Assembly (NCBI GenBank): GCA_016931225.1
Contig: JAFGFE010000035.1
Span: 119,638-183,637 of the forward strand
Source of the DNA: Candidatus Zymogenaceae bacterium
GTDB lineage: Bacteria; Desulfobacterota; Zymogenia; Zymogenales; Zymogenaceae
Length of the DNA stretch: 64,000 bases
Direction: 5' to 3'
Positions 29,427 through 39,937 of the stretch are shown one piece after another. Made by a program: the position numbers and the translations under genes. The notes under the pieces were generated by a model that was given only the letters and a program-made list of their open reading frames with translations, ran no database searches and was not told the DNA's origin. Position 1 is the stretch's first letter. Each line of letters opens with the position of its first letter.

Positions 29427-30917
29427 ATGAGACGAAAACGTTTGGTATTGACTCTCTTGATCCTGTGGTCGGTGGGGCTTCTGCTTATGCCGGCCCTGGC
29501 CCAGGACGAAGCGGCGACACCCCCAGCGGAAGGCACCGAAGAGACGGTCGTCGATGAGGTGGTCGACGAAGAGGCCGTCGTAGAGACGGTCGATGAAGAA
29601 ACGGTCGCCATCGATGAGACGGCCTCGGAATTCGTCGCCGAGGAGGCGGCCGCCGAGGAAGATCCAGTCTCCATCACCAAGGTGGCCCTGGATACCGTCT
29701 GGGTGCTTCTGGCCGGCGTCCTGGTCATGTTCATGCAGGCCGGGTTTGCGATGCTTGAGGCCGGGTTCTGTCGGGCGAAAAACGCCGTCAACCTGCTCAT
29801 GAAGAATATGCTGGACTTTTGCTTCGCCGCCATCATGTACTGGGCGGTGGGATTCGCCATCATGTTCGGGGCGGGGAACCTGCTCTTCGGCACCAGCGGA
29901 TTCTTCCTCAGCGACCCGACCGGCATGACGTTCGCGTCCCTGGATTGGACCAGCGTGCCCCTGGAGGCGAAATACTTCTTCCAGCTGGTGTTCTGCGCCA
30001 CTGCGGCCACCATCGTGGCGGGAGCCGTGGCAGAGCGGGCCAAGTTCACCGCGTACATCGCCTACTCCATCATCATCTCGGCGGTGATTTACCCGATCAT
30101 CGGTCATTGGATATGGGGCGGCGGCTGGCTCGGAAGCCTGGGCATGCTCGACTTTGCGGGATCCACCGTGGTGCACTCCACCGGCGGCTGGCTGTCCCTG
30201 ACGGCGGCCATCGTGCTGGGACCCCGGTTGGGCAAATATGACTCCGACGGCAAACCCAAGGCCATTCCGGGTCATAACATTCCCCTGGCGGCCCTGGGCG
30301 GGTTTATCCTCTGGTTCGGGTGGTTCGGCTTCAATGCCGGGAGCACCATGGAGGCCCTCGCGGGCGAAATCGCCCACATCGTGACCACCACGAACCTCTC
30401 CGCCGGCGCCGGCGGCATCGCGGCCATGTTCGCATCCTGGTGGATGTTTGGTAAGCCCGATGCCTCAATGGCCATCAACGGGGCACTTGCGGGTCTGGTG
30501 GCTATCACCGCCCCTTGCGCGTTCGTCTCGGCGGGAAGCGCCGTCTGGATCGGCCTTATCGCGGGCGTCCTGGTCGTCCTGGCCGTCTTGTTTATCGACA
30601 AGGTTCTCAAGGTCGATGACCCGGTGGGCGCCATCGCCGTTCACGGCGTCAACGGCGCCTGGGGAACCCTGGCTGTGGGTCTTTTCGCATCCGACGGGGG
30701 CCTGTTGTTCGGCGGCGGGTGGAAGCTTTTGGGCGTCCAGGCGCTGGGTGTTGTCTCGGTGTTCGCGTTCGCCATCGCCGCAGGTTTCCTCATGTTTTCC
30801 ACCATCAACAGCCTTATCGGCATGCGGGTGAGCAAGGAAGAGGAGCTCCGCGGTCTCGACATCGACGAGCACGGCATGGAGGCCTATCACGGTTTTCAGA
30901 TATTCACAACCGAGTAA
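29427..30917 (+). CDS. amtB: ammonium transporter
   Basis: ORF 29391..30917; ATG 29427 preceded by AAAGGAGG. Signal peptide, acidic repetitive linker, then ~11 TM helices with Amt signatures (DFAGSTVVH, GAL/GxVaG motifs). Confidence 0.85.
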   Translation: MRRKRLVLTLLILWSVGLLLMPALAQDEAATPPAEGTEETVVDEVVDEEAVVETVDEETVAIDETASEFVAEEAAAEEDPVSITKVALDTVWVLLAGVLVMFMQAGFAMLEAGFCRAKNAVNLLMKNMLDFCFAAIMYWAVGFAIMFGAGNLLFGTSGFFLSDPTGMTFASLDWTSVPLEAKYFFQLVFCATAATIVAGAVAERAKFTAYIAYSIIISAVIYPIIGHWIWGGGWLGSLGMLDFAGSTVVHSTGGWLSLTAAIVLGPRLGKYDSDGKPKAIPGHNIPLAALGGFILWFGWFGFNAGSTMEALAGEIAHIVTTTNLSAGAGGIAAMFASWWMFGKPDASMAINGALAGLVAITAPCAFVSAGSAVWIGLIAGVLVVLAVLFIDKVLKVDDPVGAIAVHGVNGAWGTLAVGLFASDGGLLFGGGWKLLGVQALGVVSVFAFAIAAGFLMFSTINSLIGMRVSKEEELRGLDIDEHGMEAYHGFQIFTTE

Positions 30918-30935
30918 TGAAGGAGGGACATTGCC

Positions 30936-31277
30936 ATGAAACTGGTAGTCGCCATCATCCAGCCGCACATGCTCCCCGACGTCAAGCAGGCCCTGTTTGA
31001 TAACGAGATCTATCTCATGACGGTCTCAAACGCTCTGGGAGCGGGTCGGCAGATGGGATACACCGAAACATACCGTGGTATCCCAAAGGAAATAAATCTC
31101 CTGAAAAAGGTCAAGATCGAAATAGCCGTCAACGAAGAATACGTGGAGCCGGCCATCGACGCCATCATAAAGGGCGCCCGTACCGGCAACATCGGAGACG
31201 GCAAGATATTCATACTTGACCTTCCCCAGGTCATCAGAATTCGCACCGGAGAACGGGGCAGGCAGGCCATCGGCTGA
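30936..31277 (+). CDS. glnK: nitrogen regulatory protein P-II
   Basis: 113 aa; [10 protein letters not shown] start, T-loop RGxxxE-like region, adjacent to amtB (canonical amtB-glnK pair). Confidence 0.85.
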   Translation: MKLVVAIIQPHMLPDVKQALFDNEIYLMTVSNALGAGRQMGYTETYRGIPKEINLLKKVKIEIAVNEEYVEPAIDAIIKGARTGNIGDGKIFILDLPQVIRIRTGERGRQAIG

Positions 31278-31364
31278 GACATTTACACGAAACGAAAGAC
31301 GAAACAGGCTGAGACGGATGCCGTTTCGGCTTGATCAGATAATTGAGAAACGGAGGAACACGAT

Positions 31365-32636
31365 ATGGAACTGACAGCTGAGACCATCGGCATCATCATT
31401 GCCGTAGCGGTCATCGCTCTTCTGCTGTTGATCGCGTTTATCAAGGTCAACCTTGAAATCAGCCATCCAAATGAGCTGTTGATCTTTTCCGGTCGCAGAC
31501 GGAAGCTCAAGGACGGCACCGTGGTTGGATACCGGGTGCTCAAGGGCGGCAGGGGGCTGAAAATACCCATCATCGAATCGGTCACCCGGATGCCGCTGAA
31601 CACCATCTCCATCGAGATGAAACTTGACGGCGCATTGACGAACGGTATCATCCCCATCGATATCGAGGCCATGGCCAACGTCAAGGTTGCGGGAAGTGAA
31701 GATCAGGGTCTCTATAACGCTCTCGAGCGTTTCCTGGGCAGAAATGTGAGCGAAATATCCGTCGTGGCCCGACACACCATCGAGGGTAGTCTTCGAGGCG
31801 TACTGGCCACCCTGACGCCGGAGGAGGCGAATGAAAAGCGGCTCGAGTTCGCATCCAGGGTCTCCGAGCAGGCGTCGACCGACCTCGAGAAACTGGGGCT
31901 CGTGCTGGATACGTTCAAGATCAAGAATATATCCGACCCCCAAGGGTATCTCGAGAACATTGGACGGAAGAAAAACGCCGAGGTAAAGCGTGATGCACTG
32001 ATCGTTGAAGCAAACACCGAAGCGGAATCAAAGGTGGTTGCCGCCGAAGCGAAACGCAAGGGGAGCGTCGCCGAATACGAGGCGCAACTTGCCGTGATCG
32101 AGGCGGAAAACTCCTACAAGATCAAGCGCGCGGAGCTGGCGGCGAAGGTGAACGGCGCCGAGGCGAAGGCTACAGTTGCAAGCGACATCGCCCGGGTCAC
32201 CGAGGAGGAAAAACTGGAGAGCGCCCGCGTCGACATGAACAAGAAGAAATACGAGGCGGAGGTAGTGATCCCCGCCCGGGCCGAACGAGAGGCACAGGAG
32301 CTCTTCGCCAAGGGCAAGGCCGCCCGCATCGTGGAAGACGGCAAGGCGATGGCTGAATCCATCAAGGTGCTCAGAGAGCAGTGGGAGAAGGAAGAGACCA
32401 AGGAGCTGTACCTGATTCAGCAGCTGCCTTTGATTCTGGATCGAATCACCGGCGTCGTGAAGGACAACCTGCAGATAGACAAGGTGACCATTCTCGACAG
32501 CGGGGACGGCAAGGGATTTCCCAGCTATGTGAAGGGTATCGCGGGCTCCACCGTGGCCTTCATGGAAGAGATAAAGAGCGCCACTGGCCTCGATATCGCC
32601 GGGATCCTCAAGTCCAAGGATACTTCAGGAAAATAG
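31365..32636 (+). CDS. SPFH/band-7 flotillin-like protein
   Basis: 423 aa; N-terminal TM helix, SPFH domain, long Ala/Glu/Lys-rich coiled-coil (flotillin/YqiK architecture). Confidence 0.6.
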   Translation: MELTAETIGIIIAVAVIALLLLIAFIKVNLEISHPNELLIFSGRRRKLKDGTVVGYRVLKGGRGLKIPIIESVTRMPLNTISIEMKLDGALTNGIIPIDIEAMANVKVAGSEDQGLYNALERFLGRNVSEISVVARHTIEGSLRGVLATLTPEEANEKRLEFASRVSEQASTDLEKLGLVLDTFKIKNISDPQGYLENIGRKKNAEVKRDALIVEANTEAESKVVAAEAKRKGSVAEYEAQLAVIEAENSYKIKRAELAAKVNGAEAKATVASDIARVTEEEKLESARVDMNKKKYEAEVVIPARAEREAQELFAKGKAARIVEDGKAMAESIKVLREQWEKEETKELYLIQQLPLILDRITGVVKDNLQIDKVTILDSGDGKGFPSYVKGIAGSTVAFMEEIKSATGLDIAGILKSKDTSGK

Positions 32637-32861
32637 TTTCACAAAGACTGACATGCGTCATGTTTTTATGACCGGTTTGTTCGAAGTTTCGCGCGCCCCC
32701 CGGGACAGGGGGCGCACGGAATTGAGCGGATATTTGTTTTTCAACTGAGCAAAAAGAAAACCGTTGCAGTTACATCGAAAAAGTGCTACAAATTGTCTTT
32801 TGCATCACCCCGAAGGACAGGCACATCTCGATGTTTCGCCTATTCACAAAGGAGACATTGA

Positions 32862-34193
32862 ATGCAGATTGCAAGCACGAAACGTGATGTTTTGAAAATC
32901 ATTAAGGAGCGAAACGTCAGCTTCATCCAATTCTGGTTTACCGACATCCTCGGTTTCCTTAAAAGCTTCGCCGTTACTCCGGGAGAAATGGAAGAAGCGC
33001 TGAACGAAGGCATGGGATTTGACGGCTCCTCCATCGAGGGATTCGCAAGAATCGAAGAGAGCGACATGATCGCCAAGCCGGATCCTTCTTCCCTTCAGTT
33101 CCTTCCCTGGCGCGACGAGGAACGACCGGTCGTCAGGATGTTCTGCGATATCCTGCAGCCCAGCGGAGAGCCGTATGCCGGAGATCCCCGCAGCGCCTTC
33201 AAGCGGATCCTGCAGAAGGCCAAGGATCTGGGCTATTCCTACTACGTCGGCCCGGAACCGGAGTTTTTCTACTTCGCTGACAACAAGAACCCTCAAATCC
33301 TCGATACCGGCGGATACTTCGACGCCCCGCCCCTGGACTTGGGCGGGCTGCTCCGAAGGGAGACGATCTTCGCCCTGCAGAAGTTCGGCATCCAGATCGA
33401 GTATTCCCATCACGAGGTTGCCGAAAGCCAGCACGAAATAGACCTTCGCTATGACGAAGGCCTGAAGATGGCCGACAAGTTCATGACCGTCAGGACCACC
33501 ATCAAGGAAATCGCCCGGCTCAACAACGTATACGCCACCTTTATGCCCAAGCCGATCTTCGGCATTAACGGCAGCGGTATGCACACACACCAGTCGCTGT
33601 TCAAGGACGGCAGGAATATATTTCACGACGAGAGCGATGCTCTCAACCTCTCGAAAGAGGCTAAGGGATATATCGCCGGCATCCTGACCCACGCTCGGGA
33701 AATCACCGCCATCTGCAACCAGTGGATCAATTCCTACAAGCGCCTGGTACCCGGATACGAGGCTCCGGTGTATGTCAGCTGGGCCCGTCGAAACCGCTCA
33801 ACGATGGTTCGCGTGCCCATGTACAAGCCGGGTAAGGAAAACGCCACTCGGATGGAGTTCCGCTCCCCCGATCCGGCCTGCAATCCCTACCTGGCATTCG
33901 CGGTCATGCTCGCCGCCGGTCTCAAGGGCATGGAGAAGGGCTACGATCTCCCCGATCCCATCGAGGAGGATCTTTACGAGTTCAGCCCGGAAAAAAGGAA
34001 GGAACGGGGCATTACGGAGCTTCCCGGGAACCTCTACGAAGCCATTGTGGAGCTGGAAAAAAGCGAGCTGGTCAGAGAAGCTCTGGGAGATCACATCTTC
34101 AACAAGTTCATCGAGAACAAGAAGATCGAATGGGATCGTTTCCGCATCCACGTCAGCAAGTACGAGATTGACAACTATCTGCCGAAGCTGTAA
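32862..34193 (+). CDS. glnA: glutamine synthetase, type I
   Basis: 443 aa; GS beta-grasp N-domain and catalytic domain motifs (KPIFGINGSGMHTHQS; NPYLAFA). Confidence 0.85.
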   Translation: MQIASTKRDVLKIIKERNVSFIQFWFTDILGFLKSFAVTPGEMEEALNEGMGFDGSSIEGFARIEESDMIAKPDPSSLQFLPWRDEERPVVRMFCDILQPSGEPYAGDPRSAFKRILQKAKDLGYSYYVGPEPEFFYFADNKNPQILDTGGYFDAPPLDLGGLLRRETIFALQKFGIQIEYSHHEVAESQHEIDLRYDEGLKMADKFMTVRTTIKEIARLNNVYATFMPKPIFGINGSGMHTHQSLFKDGRNIFHDESDALNLSKEAKGYIAGILTHAREITAICNQWINSYKRLVPGYEAPVYVSWARRNRSTMVRVPMYKPGKENATRMEFRSPDPACNPYLAFAVMLAAGLKGMEKGYDLPDPIEEDLYEFSPEKRKERGITELPGNLYEAIVELEKSELVREALGDHIFNKFIENKKIEWDRFRIHVSKYEIDNYLPKL

Positions 34194-34209
34194 CAAAGGA
34201 TCGAGATTC

Positions 34210-35943
34210 ATGGGCATCCTTCGTATCGCCCAGGCTCAAATCAACACGACCGTCGGCGACCTTGGCGGCAACACCGCCAAGGTCGCCCAATACATTGAAC
34301 AGGCCAGGGAAAAGAATGTCGACGTCGTCATGTTCCCCGAGCTTGCCATCTGCGGCTATCCTCCGGAAGACCTGCTTCTGAAAAAGCGATTCGTCGAACA
34401 CTGCCGGCAGTCCCTGGAGGAGCTTATTCCGAAGACCAGGGGTATCACCGCCGTCGTGGGGCTTCCGGATCAAATAGACGGAGATATATTCAACGCCGCC
34501 GCCCTGATGCACGACGGCAAATTGATCGACATCTACCACAAGGTGGAACTCCCCAACTACGGCGTCTTCGACGAAAAACGCTACTTCTCCCGGGGGAAAA
34601 AACCGGTCGTCTTCGCCATGGAATCGTTTCGCTTCATGCTGACGATCTGCGAGGACATCTGGATTGAGGGGAGTATTGTTGAGAAACACGCCCGGGAGAC
34701 GGGCGCCAACGTCTGCCTGTGCATCTCCGCTTCTCCCTTCCACGCAGGGAAGCTCGATCTTCGCCAGAACGAGGTCGCCGCCGGCTTTGCCACAAGGACC
34801 GATACACTGCTCTTCTACAATAACCTGGTGGGAGGTCAGGATGAGCTGATCTTCGACGGAAGCAGCATGGTGGTGACGCCCGACGGAAAGCTCCTGGCCC
34901 GGGGAAAGCGATTCGCGGAAGAGCTCTTTATCACCGACATCGATGAATCGGACATTTCGAAAAAATCCACTCCCTCATCCACCGCCCCCGACGACCCCGC
35001 CCCGGTTTTCACTCCCCTGGGCGGACGAAAGGAGACGCGGACTCCGCACGTCGTCAACGATCCCATGGACAGGATCGAGGAGATATACTGGGCGCTGATA
35101 CTCGGCACCCATGATTATGTGACAAAGAACGGTTTTTCCCGGGTGGTCATCGGGCTTTCCGGCGGCATCGATTCGGCCCTCACCGCCGCCATCGCCGCCC
35201 AGGCCATCGGCACCGAAAACGTCACCGGCATCACCATGCCTTCCCAGTATACCTCCAACGAAACCCGGAGCGACGCGGAGCTCTTGGCCGAAAACCTCGG
35301 CATTAATATCTTCACCGTCCCCATCAGGGAGATATACACCACCTACATCTATGAGCTGTCTCCCCACCTGGGGGACGGAGACCTGGGCGTAACCGGAGAA
35401 AACCTCCAGGCCCGCATCCGCGGCAATATCCTGATGGCGTTTTCGAACTACCGGGGAAGCCTCGTGCTCACCACCGGGAACAAGAGCGAGACGGCCGTGG
35501 GATACTGCACTCTCTATGGAGACATGGCCGGCGGCTTCGCCGTCATCAAGGACGTCCCCAAGACCGTGGTATATGAGGTGAGTGAATTCATCAACGATCG
35601 ATCGGGCCGTGAGATCATTCCCCAAACCACAATCACCAGGCCACCGTCCGCAGAACTCAGGCCGGACCAGAAGGATGAAGATTCCCTCCCCCCCTACGAC
35701 GTGCTCGATCCCATACTTCACGCCTATGTGGAGGAGGATATGTGCCCCGAGGAGATCTCGGAACTCGGCTTCGACCTGGACCTGGTATTCGAGGTGGCCA
35801 GGATGGTCGATCTCAATGAGTACAAGCGCCGCCAGGCCCCTCCGGGCATAAAAATCACCCCTAAGGCCTTCGGCCGGGATCGACGCCTCCCCATCACGAA
35901 CCGCTACCTCTTCGGACTTCTGGAGAAGAACAGGAAGAAATAG
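34210..35943 (+). CDS. nadE: glutamine-dependent NAD+ synthetase (CN-hydrolase domain + NAD synthase domain)
   Basis: ORF 33772..35943 is artificially extended over glnA; real start ATG 34210 (MGILRIAQAQIN..). N-terminal nitrilase-like domain (FPELAICGY), C-terminal SGGIDS PP-loop. Confidence 0.8.
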   Translation: MGILRIAQAQINTTVGDLGGNTAKVAQYIEQAREKNVDVVMFPELAICGYPPEDLLLKKRFVEHCRQSLEELIPKTRGITAVVGLPDQIDGDIFNAAALMHDGKLIDIYHKVELPNYGVFDEKRYFSRGKKPVVFAMESFRFMLTICEDIWIEGSIVEKHARETGANVCLCISASPFHAGKLDLRQNEVAAGFATRTDTLLFYNNLVGGQDELIFDGSSMVVTPDGKLLARGKRFAEELFITDIDESDISKKSTPSSTAPDDPAPVFTPLGGRKETRTPHVVNDPMDRIEEIYWALILGTHDYVTKNGFSRVVIGLSGGIDSALTAAIAAQAIGTENVTGITMPSQYTSNETRSDAELLAENLGINIFTVPIREIYTTYIYELSPHLGDGDLGVTGENLQARIRGNILMAFSNYRGSLVLTTGNKSETAVGYCTLYGDMAGGFAVIKDVPKTVVYEVSEFINDRSGREIIPQTTITRPPSAELRPDQKDEDSLPPYDVLDPILHAYVEEDMCPEEISELGFDLDLVFEVARMVDLNEYKRRQAPPGIKITPKAFGRDRRLPITNRYLFGLLEKNRKK

Positions 35944-36461
35944 ACACATCCCGCAGGTCCCGTTCATTTCGAAAAGGCACACCCCGGACGCTTCACACGT
36001 CACGAATCCACACCGTTTGAAAGCGGTTTCCCCGCTACCTCCCGGATGAAAACGGTCGTCCCGATATCGCCCGGATGGAAGCGGCCTCTTTTCCCCTGAC
36101 CGATGTAACGATCGGCCTGAAAAGAAAATTCACGGTAACGTGTCATGCACATAAGGGGTGGTACGTCCTCATCACAGGGAAGGATATCTTCAGCGCCAGA
36201 ATGCAGGGAAAGCCCCACAGCGGCCTTCGATTCTCCGACAGTCGCCGCATGCGCCCGTAACCCGATCGATCCCGGGGTACTCCCGAACGACACCGGGTGG
36301 TGACGTCCGCAAGGCGGATCGAGGCCGCACCCCGGCACGGAGTCGGGGGCGGCGAAACACCTTATAAGCGACCCATCATGCGCCCTCATACAACAGCGGC
36401 GGCCGTGCCCGGCCGCCGCTGTTCGTCATACTCGACTGCTCATTAGTGCAGTCCAATGTGT

Positions 36462-37178
36462 CTACAAGCGCCCGGTCATCTCCACCAGCCAGCGATGCAA
36501 CGGCAGCATCTTCTCGTATCTTGCCATGCAGTAATCAAGAAGCACGGGAGTAAAGAGCTCCGATGGGATCGGTCCGTCGTCCCCCGCTGTGAGCCCCTTG
36601 TTGAGGAGAAGCTCCGCCCGTTCATGGTCCGGATCATAGCCCCGGGGCACCCGCTTGTACCGCGCCCCCGGATAGAGGCCGCACCCGCCATTCCCCTGCA
36701 CCCCTCCCCCCAGCGCCTCGATGGCATCATCCAGATTGGGGCCGTACACCGGGTGCACCACCGATCGGCGATACTCCTCCAGCGCCGGTTTTTCGAACAT
36801 ATAGATCCCCGCCCCGAGCATCAGCAGATCCGGCTCCAGGTGAAAATAGAACCCGGAGCACTCCATGCGCTTTCCGGCCCCCTCCCAGAACCAGAGGGCG
36901 AGGTGTGTCTTGTACGGTGTCTTGTCCTTCGAAAAGCGCGTATCACGATTGATCCGGAAGAGCGACCGATTCACCCTCGGATCGGCGATAATACCCGGGG
37001 CGATCTCCCGGAGCCTTTTCCCCATATCCACCACAAAGGCCCGGCCCGGCTCCATCACGAAGCGCTCGAACTCCTTTTTGTGATCCTCGAACCACTCTTT
37101 TTTATTGTGTCCCTTCAGTTCCCGGTAAAAAGAAAGTGTTTCATCAAAAAAGCCGGAAAATGAATCAATCTGACTCAT
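36462..37178 (-). CDS. DUF2461 (TIGR02453) family protein
   Basis: 238 aa; N-terminal FxxETLxFYRELKGHNKKEWFEDHKKEF pattern characteristic of this family. Confidence 0.5.
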   Translation of the reverse strand: MSQIDSFSGFFDETLSFYRELKGHNKKEWFEDHKKEFERFVMEPGRAFVVDMGKRLREIAPGIIADPRVNRSLFRINRDTRFSKDKTPYKTHLALWFWEGAGKRMECSGFYFHLEPDLLMLGAGIYMFEKPALEEYRRSVVHPVYGPNLDDAIEALGGGVQGNGGCGLYPGARYKRVPRGYDPDHERAELLLNKGLTAGDDGPIPSELFTPVLLDYCMARYEKMLPLHRWLVEMTGRL

Positions 37179-37267
37179 TGTCGTCTCTCCGTTCAGGTTT
37201 GATATCGTTTTTTATATGGTAACACATTCACGGCAGATATAACAGTGTCCGCTCGACGTCATTCATC

Positions 37268-38089
37268 ATGCTCCTCCCTTCATATGTGTGGGTCGGCTTT
37301 GCGGGGGTCAATTATAGAGGAAACTTCGATGATATGATCTCCCTCAACGTCGAGGCGTCCTGGCTGTTCGGTGAGGCCGTCACGCATTTCCTCAAGGGCG
37401 GCGGTAATCCCCACAACACCGGCATGCCCGCGAACAACGCCCGTACAAGTCTGGATATTTCCGGCTGGAACGTCTTTGTGGACCTTTCCCGCTGCACCGA
37501 CCTGTTCACGATCGGTGTGTCATTCGCCATGGGCAGCGGCCGGAAACACCGGTGGAACAACGCGAGCTCATGGGAACATGTCAATATGAATTGCATCACC
37601 CCCGACGGTGACTTCTCATTCGCCCACATCATCACCGGCGGCCGTAACGACGGTGGCGCCTCCGTGTGGTGGCCGCATCTCTACGCTAACAACAGTCTCG
37701 AAAACATCACCGTCGCCAAGGGATATGTCACAATACGCCCGACCGACACGCTGACGATCTCCGTTGCTGTCATCTGGGCACAGTGGACGGAGAAAATCGG
37801 CTGGAATTCTCTCTCACGGGAGGCCGCTTTCCGGTCCAAGTGTCCCGCGTACCTGCATCCCGCATGGACCTACGGCAATTACGGGTATCAGTCCTGGGAG
37901 GTGTCCGACGATCTGGGATGGGAAATCAACCTGGCCCTCTCCTATGAGATCATGGAGGGCCTGACCTACACTTTCGAGGGAGCGGTGCTCTCTACCGGCG
38001 ATTCCTGGGATTACGAGAAGGCCGACGGCACCCGGGGCGACTGGTGGGAAGTCTGGTCCATCGTGAACACCCTGCAGTACGAGTTCTAA
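37268..38089 (+). pseudogene. 5'-truncated paralog of the downstream outer-membrane beta-barrel protein gene
   Basis: 273 aa ORF colinear with residues ~260-506 of the 38392..39909 protein (C-termini nearly identical: TGDSWDYEKADGTRGDW.E.WSIVNTL.YEF); no signal peptide; in-frame upstream stop at 37220. Confidence 0.45.
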
Positions 38090-38118
38090 AAAACTTCGCG
38101 GTATTGATATCCCTCCAG

Positions 38119-38152
38119 AAAGCCCCCGGACAAAACTCCAGGGGCTTTCTGC
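38119..38152 (+). terminator. rho-independent terminator after truncated porin copy
   Basis: AAGCCCCCGGA..TCCAGGGGCTTTCT. Confidence 0.5.
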
Positions 38153-38391
38153 TGCAGGATCTCTCTTCATATCTTCTGCCGGAAAAGGTGGCATCGTGAT
38201 ACCAAAACGATCGTCGCTATGCCGCACCCGGATGATTTTTCCACTGTATAAGATTATTATAATTAGTCACTCCTAATTTTTTTAGATTTGCCTAACTTTT
38301 TTCCTTGACTCTGTTTCTTTTATCCGTTACAAATACACCCATGACGAGAAACGGATTGAGTGTATCTGTTAATTGGATTGAGGAGTTCAAT

Positions 38392-39909
38392 ATGAAGAAA
38401 TTCACAGTGGCACTTCTTGCAGTAATTGTGAGTATCGGCGTCGTCGCCACATCCTTTGCTGCAGAGACAACTTTTTCCGGTGCCTACCGGGTACGGGCCT
38501 GGACCGAGTGGAACTTCGACAAGGAAGTCGAAGATTTTGGAGTGGTTCCAAGCCATGAGGACGGCCTGTACACCGGGTTCATCGATCAGCGTTTTCGCCT
38601 GACCATCACCCACACCCGGAGCGAATATCTGAAGGCGGTTGTCCGCATCGACATCGCCGAGGATACCTGGGGAACGGGCAGCGCGCTTCGGATTAACGAC
38701 AGCAACGCCGACTACATTGATCATGCGTATCTTGAGTTCACCGTTCCTCCGGTAGGAACCTTCACCGTAGGGCGATTCCCCGAATCGTATGGATACGGAA
38801 CCGTCTTCAGCAATGACGGCTGGGACGGCGCCCGTTGGGCCAACGCCTGGGGCCCCGTAGCCGTGTCTCTGTCCTACTTCAAGGTTGCCGACAACGTGAC
38901 AGCCGGTTCCGCCGACGAGGCCTACAACTGGGACGCCGATCTTGTGGCCATGAATCTGGGCATATCCCCCATCGAAGGACATCTGCTTGAGGTCTTCGGC
39001 GGTGTTCTGTGGGATGATGATGCTTCCGGCGATGGTGGTGTGTGGGGAGTTCTGGGTAACTCCGCCACATGGACCGCCGCTGGTTTCAACAATCCCGGCT
39101 ATTACGATGCCGTTGTCGGCTTCGTGGGCGTTGCCTACACCGGCAATATCATGGATATGATCGACATCGCCGCTGAGGCTTCCTGGATCATAGGGAGCGC
39201 TGATTCTCACTGGTATCGAGGCGGCCTCGTAGCCGATCCCTATGCTGCGGCCCTTGGACCCAATGCGGCTCCCAGAAGTCTGGACATCTCCGGTTGGAAC
39301 ATCTATGCTGACGTGTCCTACTACAACGACCTGTTCAGAGTCGGTGCCGCTTTCATAATGGGAAGCGGTCAGGAGCATGACTGGAATGATGTTTCCTGGG
39401 AACATGTGAACATGAACTTCATCAGTGTGGATGCCTTTGAGTTCGGACGAATCATCGCAGGCTCCGCCGGTGGCAACCAATCTATCTGGGGTGATCCCTG
39501 GTCCGCCAACAACCTGGAAAACATCACGGCCATCAAGGGGTACTTCGAAGTATGCCCGATGGATAAGCTGACGGTTTCCGGCGCGGTAATCTGGGCCAAG
39601 TGGACCGAGGATATCGGCCAAAACAACGCCACGAGAGCGGCTCTGTTTGCGCCGGATAGCCCTGGGTATCCGCATCCGGTCGCCTGGTATTCAGGCAACT
39701 ACACCTACAATTCCTGGGAAGTGTCCAACGATCTGGGATGGGAAATCGACCTGTCTGTTTCTTACGAGATCATGGAAGGTCTGACCTATAGTCTGGCCGG
39801 CGGCGTACTGTTCACCGGCGATTCCTGGGATTACGAGAAGGCCGACGGAACCCGCGGCGACTGGGGCGAAATCTGGTCCATCGTAAACACCCTGGAGTAC
39901 GAGTTCTAA
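38392..39909 (+). CDS. outer-membrane beta-barrel (porin-like) protein
   Basis: ORF 38305..39909; ATG 38392 (MKKFTVALLAVIVSIGVVATSFA signal peptide) after GGAG; amphipathic beta-strand pattern, C-terminal Phe. Confidence 0.5.
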   Translation: MKKFTVALLAVIVSIGVVATSFAAETTFSGAYRVRAWTEWNFDKEVEDFGVVPSHEDGLYTGFIDQRFRLTITHTRSEYLKAVVRIDIAEDTWGTGSALRINDSNADYIDHAYLEFTVPPVGTFTVGRFPESYGYGTVFSNDGWDGARWANAWGPVAVSLSYFKVADNVTAGSADEAYNWDADLVAMNLGISPIEGHLLEVFGGVLWDDDASGDGGVWGVLGNSATWTAAGFNNPGYYDAVVGFVGVAYTGNIMDMIDIAAEASWIIGSADSHWYRGGLVADPYAAALGPNAAPRSLDISGWNIYADVSYYNDLFRVGAAFIMGSGQEHDWNDVSWEHVNMNFISVDAFEFGRIIAGSAGGNQSIWGDPWSANNLENITAIKGYFEVCPMDKLTVSGAVIWAKWTEDIGQNNATRAALFAPDSPGYPHPVAWYSGNYTYNSWEVSNDLGWEIDLSVSYEIMEGLTYSLAGGVLFTGDSWDYEKADGTRGDWGEIWSIVNTLEYEF

Positions 39910-39937
39910 GAACTCTGCTGTCAGGATGTACACCCAA

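Noticed and set aside
29387-30058. 223-aa minus-strand ORF and the overlapping Ala/Ser/Thr-rich frames across amtB
   Set aside because: These are alternative frames of the repetitive acidic linker and TM-coding region of amtB. They have no start context or domain.
33772-34209. 5' extension of the nadE ORF (723-aa version)
   Set aside because: The extension overlaps glnA in another frame and has no homology. An in-frame ATG at 34210 gives a canonical NadE N-terminus (MGILRIAQAQIN).
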